Position numbers and translations under genes: made by a program. Below, piece after piece: positions 37,649-45,772 of a stretch of DNA of 50,902 nt; the stretch's first letter is position 1, and each line of letters opens with the position of its first letter. Source of the DNA: a bacterium (GTDB lineage: Bacteria; CG03); assembly GCA_013791675.1 (NCBI GenBank), contig VMTI01000239.1, positions 1 through 50,902 on the forward strand, written 5' to 3'. Below the pieces are notes generated by a model that searched no databases, had not been told where the DNA came from, and worked only from the letters and a program-made list of their open reading frames with translations.

Positions 37649-38053
37649 GTGGAGTATCAACACCCTAGAATTAAAGAAGCAATTGTAAGAGCTGGTTTCA
37701 ATGAAGATGATTTTTCTCAATGGGTGAATGATCATAAAATTCATCCTTTATGGACAGTTCGCAGAATACCAAACATATTAGAAAATCCTCGCAGTAAAGA
37801 GGTGTTTCTCACTCATGGTAGAGGTTCAGCAAGAGAAGCATTAAAATTATTAGATAAGCCTTCTGGAGATAAAGTTCTTAAAGACACATCTATGATACAA
37901 TTAGCTCGGGAATTATTGGAAAGAATTTTGGCTTTGCCATATGGGGAAGTTCAACGTTTAAAATCAGATTCATCAAGTGATGAAGTTTTTACATTTTTAG
38001 AAGTGCGAGACCAATTAATTGAATTATGCAGGGATATTCGTAATGAAGAATAG
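37649..38053 (+). CDS. C-terminal continuation of the ParB/Srx-like gene (same frame as 37040)
   Basis: Same reading frame as 37040-37585, and the 63 nt between them have no further stop. Combined length of 337 codons matches the 334-aa paralogue. Confidence 0.6.
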   Translation: MEYQHPRIKEAIVRAGFNEDDFSQWVNDHKIHPLWTVRRIPNILENPRSKEVFLTHGRGSAREALKLLDKPSGDKVLKDTSMIQLARELLERILALPYGEVQRLKSDSSSDEVFTFLEVRDQLIELCRDIRNEE

Positions 38054-38056
38054 GGT

Positions 38057-38464
38057 ATGAGAGAAACAAAAATTCATTCGCAACTGGTTGCATTTACAAA
38101 ACAATGGATAGAAAAGGAGTATGTAAGTAAGAGAGTGGAGATCATTGGAGTAGATTCAGTTACAGAAAATTTTCAAGTATTACCAAATATAAATGGTTTT
38201 ATCCCGGATATTTTCGCTAAATGCTTGGTTAATAATTTACAAATAATTGGCGAGGCAGAATCTTCTAAGGGACTAAATTCCCAACATACAGAACAACAAC
38301 TTAAAGCATTTATCAGATATTGTTTTCTAAACAATGCACATTTAATAGTAGGTGTGCCTTGGGATTTAGTGCCTTATGCTAGGAAATTAATAAAGTTTTA
38401 TATTAGTGAGTGTAAGGCTGAAGGCGTGATTGTGATTATCCCTGACAATATGGCAGTAGGATAA
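38057..38464 (+). CDS. hypothetical 135-aa protein, possible PD-(D/E)xK-like nuclease fold
   Basis: GFIPDIFAK ... QIIGEAESSKG resembles a PD...E-x-E...K arrangement. Weak call. Gaps to the neighbouring genes are 3 nt and 1 nt. Confidence 0.35.
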   Translation: MRETKIHSQLVAFTKQWIEKEYVSKRVEIIGVDSVTENFQVLPNINGFIPDIFAKCLVNNLQIIGEAESSKGLNSQHTEQQLKAFIRYCFLNNAHLIVGVPWDLVPYARKLIKFYISECKAEGVIVIIPDNMAVG

Positions 38465-38465
38465 A

Positions 38466-39956
38466 ATGAAAATATTCTTAAAACAGGAACCAAATTATTT
38501 ACCTAAATATAGTTCTTTTTCTTATCAAGAAGAAGCTGTTAAAGCTATTCAAGATTTAGAATATGCCGCAATATTCCATGAGCAGGGACTCGGGAAAACT
38601 AAAATAGCTATAGATTTAATTTTATATTGGTTCGAGAAGAAGGAAGTAGATACCGTTTTAATTGTAGCGAAGAAAAGTTTAATTAATAACTGGATCAATG
38701 AGTTGGGTGTTCACACGCACATTAAGCCACGAGTGCTAACGCAGAACAAGAAAGCTAATTATTATGTTTTTAATAGCCCTGCAAAAATAATGTTAATAAA
38801 TTATGAAGTTATGAAATCTGAGAATACGAGGATGGAGCTTTTTTTAAAGACTCGAGATGTTGCTGTGATATTGGATGAATCAACGAAAATAAAAAATCCA
38901 GAATCAGATTTAACACAGGAATATTTAAGATTATCAAAATTTTTTAAAAAAAGAATCATTATGACCGGCACACCAGTTGCAAATAGGCCGTATGACATAT
39001 GGTCACAAATATGGTTTCTTGATCAAGGCAAAAGCTTAGGTAATGATTTCAATAATTTTAAAAAAGACTTTGACTTAGCAAACACTTTATACAAGGATAC
39101 TGATTTAAGAGAGAACTTTGAATCACAAATTTCTTTAATTGAAGATAAAATATCAAAATTTACTGTAAGAGAAACAAAAGCTAGTGGGGTATTAGATTTG
39201 CCTGAAAAAATTATTAAAATTATAAAAACAAAATGGGAGATACATCAACGGGAATTATACAACCAAATCAAAGATGAAGAAAAGGCCTTCGTAATTAAAA
39301 ATGGAATTCCCACTGAAGATGATTCCAAAATTATTGTAAAACGACTCTTGCGTTTAGTGCAAGTGGCATCTAATCCAAAATTAGTAGATGACAGTTATAA
39401 GCAGTCTCCCGGAAAGCTGAATTCATTGATTACTATATTAGATGATATAAAAAGGAATGATGAAAAGTGTATCATCTGGACATCTTTTACAGCTAACGCA
39501 GATTGGCTTAAAACGAAGCTTGTAGAATATGGGACGTGTAAGGTACATGGTAAAATACCCATAGATATTAGGAACAGAACAATTAACAATTTTTTGACAG
39601 ATAAAAAATATAGAGTTTTAATAGCCACGCCAGGGGCAGCGAAGGAGGGATTAACCTTAACAGTTGCAAATCATGTAATATTCTATGATAGAAGTTTTAG
39701 TTTAGATGATTACTTACAAGCGCAAGATAGAATTCATAGATATTCACAAAAACGGAAATGTTATGTATATAATTTAATCATGGAAGACTCCATTGACGAA
39801 CTACTTGAAATTATGTTATCCAGTAAACATCTTGCTGCACAATTAACACAAGGGGATATTTCATTAGATTTTTATAAGAGTAAGATTTCTTACAAATATG
39901 GAGAAATAATAAAAGAAATTTTGGGAATTAAGGAGGATGATTATGACAGAGGATGA
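38466..39956 (+). CDS. SNF2-family ATPase/translocase
   Basis: GLGKT (motif I), ILDESTKIKN (II), MTGTPVANRPYDIWSQIWFLD (III), LIATPGAAKEGLTLTVANHVIFYD (V), QAQDRIHRYSQKR (VI). Confidence 0.88.
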   Translation: MKIFLKQEPNYLPKYSSFSYQEEAVKAIQDLEYAAIFHEQGLGKTKIAIDLILYWFEKKEVDTVLIVAKKSLINNWINELGVHTHIKPRVLTQNKKANYYVFNSPAKIMLINYEVMKSENTRMELFLKTRDVAVILDESTKIKNPESDLTQEYLRLSKFFKKRIIMTGTPVANRPYDIWSQIWFLDQGKSLGNDFNNFKKDFDLANTLYKDTDLRENFESQISLIEDKISKFTVRETKASGVLDLPEKIIKIIKTKWEIHQRELYNQIKDEEKAFVIKNGIPTEDDSKIIVKRLLRLVQVASNPKLVDDSYKQSPGKLNSLITILDDIKRNDEKCIIWTSFTANADWLKTKLVEYGTCKVHGKIPIDIRNRTINNFLTDKKYRVLIATPGAAKEGLTLTVANHVIFYDRSFSLDDYLQAQDRIHRYSQKRKCYVYNLIMEDSIDELLEIMLSSKHLAAQLTQGDISLDFYKSKISYKYGEIIKEILGIKEDDYDRG

Positions 39957-40941
39957 TTGGGTAAAAGATACTATTACTCTTCGTGGCGAAGAAATCCCGG
40001 TTAGAGTAGGATATTTAACACAGGCAGAATTAAAATTTTATCCTGAAAATCCTCGGGTTTATACAATATTATCAGCAGGCACAAAAGAGCCGACACAACA
40101 AGAAATAGAAATCCAATTATTGGCAAGAGATAACGTAAAGCAATTGGTGCAATCGATTAAAGCAAATGGGGGATTAACAGACCCCGTTTTTGTATTAGAT
40201 GGCTCAAATATTGTGATAGAAGGCAATAGCCGTTTAGCTGCTTATAGAGCTTTAGCCAGGTCAAATCCAATTCAATGGGGAAAAATTAAATGTAAAGTGT
40301 TACCCAAAGAGATAGATGAGGATAAGATATTTTCATTGTTAGGGGAATATCATATTATAGGCAAGCAAGATTGGATTCCTTACGAACAAGCAGGTTATTT
40401 ATACAGGCGCTGTATATTTCATAAAGTTAAGCCAGAATTAATAGCAAAAGATTTAGGACTAACTGAGTCAAAGGTCAATCACCTAATAGGCGTGTATACT
40501 TTCATGGTAGCAAATGAAGATAATGCACCAGATAGATGGAGTTATTATGACGAGTATATGAAGTCAAGCAAAATAAAGAAAATAAGAAAGAAATATCCGG
40601 AATTTGATGAGATAGTAGTGCAGAAAATAAAATCGCAAGAAATTCCTAAAGCTATCGACGTAAGGGAAGGTTTGAAAAAAATTGCAAATTCAAATGACAA
40701 AATAGTTAAGTCTTTTATAAACGGGAAAGCTGATTTTCAAGAATCTATGGAACATGCAATAAGTGGCGGTTCTGATACGAATTGTTATCAAAAAATCCAA
40801 AAATTTAGATTGTGGTTTGTCGATCCTAAAACAAGAAAAGAAGTATCGAATATGTCTGAACAAGTAACTAAGAAATGCATATATGAGCTTAAAAAAATAA
40901 AACAAGGATTAGAATTTTTACTAAACAGACTGGATGCCTGA
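39943..40941 (+). CDS. ParB/Srx N-terminal-domain protein (intact paralogue)
   Basis: YPENPR and VIEGNSRLAAYRA motifs. AAGGAGG RBS 6 nt upstream of ATG 39943 (alternative ATG at 39937). Overlaps the SNF2 stop. Confidence 0.78.
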   Translation: MTEDDWVKDTITLRGEEIPVRVGYLTQAELKFYPENPRVYTILSAGTKEPTQQEIEIQLLARDNVKQLVQSIKANGGLTDPVFVLDGSNIVIEGNSRLAAYRALARSNPIQWGKIKCKVLPKEIDEDKIFSLLGEYHIIGKQDWIPYEQAGYLYRRCIFHKVKPELIAKDLGLTESKVNHLIGVYTFMVANEDNAPDRWSYYDEYMKSSKIKKIRKKYPEFDEIVVQKIKSQEIPKAIDVREGLKKIANSNDKIVKSFINGKADFQESMEHAISGGSDTNCYQKIQKFRLWFVDPKTRKEVSNMSEQVTKKCIYELKKIKQGLEFLLNRLDA

Positions 40942-40953
40942 TTTTATTAGATT

Positions 40954-42264
40954 ATGAGTAAAAAGATATTATTGATTGAGCCTTCATATAAAAATAAGTA
41001 CCCACCATTGGGCTTAATGAAGATTGCTACATATCATAAAAGCAAAGGGCACGAGGTGGTTTTTTTTAAGGGATGTTCTCCAAATTTAAAATTGCAGGTA
41101 TGGGATAGAATATATATTTCAACACTTTTTACATTTTATTGGGCTAAAACAATTGAAACAATTGAATATTACAGCAATAGCGTAAAAAAAAGTTCTAATA
41201 TTTATGTTGGAGGAGTGATGGCTACATTAATGAAAGATGAAATTAAAAAGCATAGTAATGTAACCGTTATATCAGGTTTATTGAATCAGAATGGTAAATT
41301 AGGGTATAAAGATGATGGAACAATAGACTACTTAACGCCAGATTATTCTATAATTGATCAAGAACATAACCCATTACTAGATTATGTCTATCCTCAGGGA
41401 GATTCATATATTGGATATGCGACTAGAGGATGTATTAGGAAATGTAAATTTTGTGCAGTACCAATCATTGAGCCGGAATTTATGAATGGGCTTTCAATAA
41501 AAAAACAAATAAATTCTATTAAAAAACATTTTGGCGAAAAACGCAATTTACTTTTATTAGATAATAACATTTTGGCATCAGATAGGTTCGAAGAAATAAT
41601 AGAAGAGATTAAAAACCTTGGGTTTGAAAAAAATGCACAATATTCGACAATTAGGAATAATAGAACCGTGTATTTAAAAAGATACGTAGATTTTAATCAA
41701 GGCATAGATGCTAGATTATTGACTAATTCAAAAGTTCAAAAATTGAGTGAAATTGCAATTCAGCCTATCAGAATAGCTTTTGACGACATTAAATTTAAAG
41801 ATATTTATGTTCAAAAGGTTAGACTAGTGGCAGAATATGGAATAAAAGCATTATCAAATTATATACTTTTCAATTTTAATGATACGCCAGAAGATTTTTA
41901 TGAGAGATTAAGAATTAACGTAGAATTAAATTGCGAATTTGAAAACAAAGGATATGCAAGTAGGATATGGTCATTCCCAATGAAATATTCCCCCATTTTT
42001 GGCCCCGAGGCTAAAAATAGAAAGCATGTAGGGAAATATTGGAACAAGGAATATTTACGAGGAGTACAGTGTATACTATTAGCAACACATGGTTTAGTTG
42101 GTCCCAAAATGAAATATTTTGATACCGCCTTTGGTCGCAATTTTGCAGAATTCAAAAAAATTATTACAACACGGCCTGAAGAAAAAATTTTATATAGAAC
42201 TAAAGAATGGCTCAATAGACCTTTTATTCCAAGGCGTCTATTCATAAAAGAGAAGGAAGTGTAA
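40954..42264 (+). CDS. radical SAM protein with an N-terminal B12-binding-like (Rossmann) domain
   Basis: CX3CX2C cluster motif in GYATRGCIRKCKFCAVP. The N-terminus KILLIEPSYKNKYPPLGLMKIATYHKSKGHEVVFF resembles class-B rSAM N-domains. Confidence 0.8.
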   Translation: MSKKILLIEPSYKNKYPPLGLMKIATYHKSKGHEVVFFKGCSPNLKLQVWDRIYISTLFTFYWAKTIETIEYYSNSVKKSSNIYVGGVMATLMKDEIKKHSNVTVISGLLNQNGKLGYKDDGTIDYLTPDYSIIDQEHNPLLDYVYPQGDSYIGYATRGCIRKCKFCAVPIIEPEFMNGLSIKKQINSIKKHFGEKRNLLLLDNNILASDRFEEIIEEIKNLGFEKNAQYSTIRNNRTVYLKRYVDFNQGIDARLLTNSKVQKLSEIAIQPIRIAFDDIKFKDIYVQKVRLVAEYGIKALSNYILFNFNDTPEDFYERLRINVELNCEFENKGYASRIWSFPMKYSPIFGPEAKNRKHVGKYWNKEYLRGVQCILLATHGLVGPKMKYFDTAFGRNFAEFKKIITTRPEEKILYRTKEWLNRPFIPRRLFIKEKEV

Positions 42265-42375
42265 AACTCGCCTCGGACATTTACTTAATATACTGATTGA
42301 ATAGAAAAATTGTAAAGTGCCGGGACTGGGCGGAAAATTGATGTTGATGTGCGTATGTGAATATGGAGGGAGAAA

Positions 42376-43080
42376 ATGAATAAATTGGAAATGTTTTGTA
42401 GGAGAGGGTTTTTTATTGCAATTTTATTTTTATGCAGTTGCGCTATGATAATGCAACAGCCCAGAACGGCATATGAATTAAAAATAAATGCGCAATCAAA
42501 AGCAGAACTTGAAAAACATGGTTTAACGGTGGCTGTTCAGCCGATAATTTTAGAAAATTGTAGTTCGTTTCCGGAAATTTATGCAAAAACAACATATAAA
42601 ACCAGCGAAGGCGAAGTTAGAAATATAGAATTTTCAGTAATAGATATTCCGGCGTTTGCAATTTCAATTACCAATAAGACGGGTGATGTGGTTAAGTTTG
42701 ATAAATGTAATATGAATTTGGAAGATGATTTGGGAAAAAGTTATCAGTCGCAGGACGAACAGGAATTAAATCAAGAAATTGATCAGTTTTTTGCCGATTT
42801 TAATGTCAAGGGATCTATTTTGAATAAGGGGCCTATCGAATCAAAAATTGAGGCATTAAAACTTATGGATAAAAAGTTGATTATATTGCCGAATAAGACA
42901 GAGGATGTGTTTTTAGCGTTTAATGTTATATCGGCAAATATAGAATCTTATATGGAGTTTTTATCAGGGAAAAAATATTTAAAAGTTTCGCTAAACAATA
43001 TTGCAATAAAATCGGATAAGCATATTGGGAGCAATGAAACTGTGAATTTTGAATTTATCTTTGATGTAAATCAATTGTGA
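42376..43080 (+). CDS. hypothetical lipoprotein
   Basis: Signal with a lipobox-like LFLCSC. GGAGGGAG RBS. No recognisable domain. Confidence 0.6.
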   Translation: MNKLEMFCRRGFFIAILFLCSCAMIMQQPRTAYELKINAQSKAELEKHGLTVAVQPIILENCSSFPEIYAKTTYKTSEGEVRNIEFSVIDIPAFAISITNKTGDVVKFDKCNMNLEDDLGKSYQSQDEQELNQEIDQFFADFNVKGSILNKGPIESKIEALKLMDKKLIILPNKTEDVFLAFNVISANIESYMEFLSGKKYLKVSLNNIAIKSDKHIGSNETVNFEFIFDVNQL

Positions 43081-43272
43081 GGCCGCCTAAGTTTCATTTC
43101 CCATTTTAGTACAATATTTGGAATAGAGTTTGTAGAATGATAAAAGATGTTGGAAAGTGTCTCATGTTTTTAGGCGCAAAGCGTCCAATTGTTTTTGAAG
43201 ACATACAATGAGGTGAAAATTATCGGAGAGCTTGTTAAAGTTCTTACTGTAAATTAGAAAATAGGAGGCAAA

Positions 43273-44238
43273 ATGCCGAGAAAAACATCTAAACGTTCCA
43301 ATGATCCTGAATTCCATCGGAAAAATTTGCGGGAATATTTAGCACAGCAAAAAAAAGAAAATTATGAGGCTGGTGTGAATTTAGAAATGTTCATTGAAAA
43401 ATTGTTAACACTTTTTTCAGATACTCCTCCCATAACTTGGCGGTTTCGATTAACAACTTATAAAAATCCGGTGTTTCGTATATATAATCAATCAACACGG
43501 AGATCAGGAGATTTTCTACTCATAACAAACCGCGGATTAACTATTATGCACAAATATTTTGATAAGAGATTCAGAAATCTTTTTCCTAAAAAGAAGACTT
43601 TTTATGGTAATGGGGACACTGCTCGAATAGATTATTCTGTGTTTGATCAAGTAACAAGAAAAAAATATTATGATGCTATAAAATCAATGGTGACAACTAA
43701 TAAGGACTGGGGAATTAACTTCCCGGGTGTTATGGTAGATAGTTTAAGCGAGCAGGATAGTAAACCATATAACGATTTACCCACTACGTATGACAATGGC
43801 GCTAAAGATGATAGTGATTTTTATCAGATTCTAAGATCAAAAATAAGAAAATGGGCCGCGTCAAAAAAAGGTAAGAATAATAAGTGGGTAGAATTTATAC
43901 TTTTGGCTCCAGATTTATTTCATTTATTATGCAAGTTAGTTATAGATGATGACGTTTCATTAGAGGATAAAGTTAAACTCGCACTGGTAATAGTGTATTT
44001 TGTATCCCCGTTAGACTTGATCCCCGAGGGGATACTGGGCCCTATGGCTTATGTTGACGATATCGCTCTGTCGGTGTATGTTTTGAATCGGATTCTTAAC
44101 AATACTAGCCCCGAAGTTCTTAGAAGGCATTGGGTTGGGGAAGAGGATATTTTGACTGTTATAAAACAGATACTTAAAGTTGCTGATCAAATGGTCGGCT
44201 CTGGACTGTGGTCGAAGTTGAAAGGAATGATTAGGTAA
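43273..44238 (+). CDS. protein with a C-terminal DUF1232 (YkvA-like) domain
   Basis: ALVIVYFVSPLDLIPEGILGPMAYVDDIALSVYVLNRIL. AGGAGG RBS. Confidence 0.65.
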   Translation: MPRKTSKRSNDPEFHRKNLREYLAQQKKENYEAGVNLEMFIEKLLTLFSDTPPITWRFRLTTYKNPVFRIYNQSTRRSGDFLLITNRGLTIMHKYFDKRFRNLFPKKKTFYGNGDTARIDYSVFDQVTRKKYYDAIKSMVTTNKDWGINFPGVMVDSLSEQDSKPYNDLPTTYDNGAKDDSDFYQILRSKIRKWAASKKGKNNKWVEFILLAPDLFHLLCKLVIDDDVSLEDKVKLALVIVYFVSPLDLIPEGILGPMAYVDDIALSVYVLNRILNNTSPEVLRRHWVGEEDILTVIKQILKVADQMVGSGLWSKLKGMIR

Positions 44239-44328
44239 ATTTTAATACGGTGATACTGTGGCAGGTATTTTAAATGAGGAAAGTTAGACGGTTCCCAGTT
44301 TTATCGTTATAAAAAGGAGGTGTAAGGT

Positions 44329-45309
44329 ATGGCTGTTCAAAGGTGTGAGTGCTGTCACGAACAGATAGCGCCTTATGCAAAATACTGCAATTGGTGCGGG
44401 TATGGACCAAGGAAAAGAAAGCCAAAAGCAGGAGAATATTATTGTAAGCAGTGTCATGAGATGGTGGGGAAAGAGTTCTCATACTGCCCATGGTGCGGAG
44501 AAGACTTTAAGGACGATTACGCCTGGGAACCAGATGATGGGGAGCTTACACCCGCGGTGAAAAGATTTAACTTTGATATTAAATGTCCACAATGTAAATA
44601 CGGTTGTTGTGCTACCATGGATTACTGTCCTTGGTGCGGTACAAAGCTTTCCGATTACAAATTTATTGGTTTTAGTAATTGCGTCGTGTGTGGTAATTCT
44701 GGCCTTGGAAATTGGCAGCATTGTGTTTTTTGCGGAGCATTCTTACAACAAGTCGTACGGCTTTCAGAAAAGAAACGTGTGAGCTTGTCTAAAGAAGCAC
44801 TTTTTTTTCTTACAAGCGCTACAGTGGAAAGGCTAAAGGAAGTGAGGCCTGGGAAATGGTTCTGGAACTCTGACTTGAAGGGTTTTGAGACTCTCGGATT
44901 CCTATTTGGGGAAAAAACTGCCACAGCATATAAGGTTACACACATCTTTCCGATGGCTTCAGCTGAATCTAAGCAGGATAGTGTTGGTTGGAATCCGGAC
45001 GCTTTAAAAGGATTAGTAAACCATATGCAGTTGGAATTGCCTCGAGGTTTAAATCTGATTGGGGACTTTCATAGCCATCCAGATGATAAGAATCCTTCTC
45101 CGAGCATTGTCGATTACAAAGGCACCTTGGGTGATATGGTCTCTATCATTGTAGCGCTCCATAAAACTACAAAAAAGTCTTTCCGCTGGAAGTTTAATAA
45201 GAAAATTGGCATGCTTGAGGGAGTTAAGGGTGGTGTGTATTTTCGCATATGTGCTTATCATAGAAATAAGAAAGGTGTTGCCGAATTGTTGAATATCGTC
45301 GGGGCGTGA
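44329..45309 (+). CDS. four zinc-ribbon repeats fused to a JAB/MPN (JAMM) metallopeptidase-like domain
   Basis: Four CxxC...C(x)WCG units in the N-terminal half. ETLGFLFGE plus GDFHSHPDDKNPSPSIVD gives an E...HxH...S..D JAMM-like pattern, with one extra spacer residue. Confidence 0.7.
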   Translation: MAVQRCECCHEQIAPYAKYCNWCGYGPRKRKPKAGEYYCKQCHEMVGKEFSYCPWCGEDFKDDYAWEPDDGELTPAVKRFNFDIKCPQCKYGCCATMDYCPWCGTKLSDYKFIGFSNCVVCGNSGLGNWQHCVFCGAFLQQVVRLSEKKRVSLSKEALFFLTSATVERLKEVRPGKWFWNSDLKGFETLGFLFGEKTATAYKVTHIFPMASAESKQDSVGWNPDALKGLVNHMQLELPRGLNLIGDFHSHPDDKNPSPSIVDYKGTLGDMVSIIVALHKTTKKSFRWKFNKKIGMLEGVKGGVYFRICAYHRNKKGVAELLNIVGA

Positions 45310-45397
45310 TTTAAAGTTCTCAGCAGAGACGCAGAGGGACGGTGCTTTACAATATGACAACAAAAAATATGAGTAGCTCGCAAAAGTTTCAATAATT

Positions 45398-45673
45398 ATG
45401 AGTGATGAAAAAAACACGAAGTTGCCGGAGACGGTGGATGAGGCAGTATCTCAGATCCTCGACGGAATGAGCGCGGATGATAAAAAATCGCTAAAGAACA
45501 CCCAAAAAAAGGATTTAATAAAGTTTCATTTCGGATGGGGAATGGGAATAAGGAACGGTTTCGGCCTATGGAACCCGGATTCTCCTCTCTTGAAATCTAT
45601 GGGGGAAGTACATCCGGATGATGCTTCAGGTGTAATAATTGAAGCGGTCTGGAAGAAACTTCAAGAAAAGTAA
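45398..45673 (+). CDS. hypothetical 91-aa protein
   Basis: ORF with backbone-like composition. No motif recognised. Confidence 0.45.
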   Translation: MSDEKNTKLPETVDEAVSQILDGMSADDKKSLKNTQKKDLIKFHFGWGMGIRNGFGLWNPDSPLLKSMGEVHPDDASGVIIEAVWKKLQEK

Positions 45674-45772
45674 AATAATTGGCGCCGGTACTTTACACTA
45701 AGACAGAAACTTGCAAAAATCAAAATGGACTGGAGAATTAATGATAAAAATAAAGACGGTGAAAGCGGGCGT

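Noticed and set aside
44375-44945. Overlapping alternative-frame and antisense ORFs within the zinc-ribbon-JAB gene
   Set aside because: The 44329 frame carries four regular CxxC...CxWCG units and the JAMM motif. The others are short and motif-free.
34300-45300. AT-rich island considered as a prophage, ICE or plasmid insertion
   Set aside because: I saw no integrase, capsid, terminase, conjugation or replication genes, and no flanking tRNA or att-like repeats.
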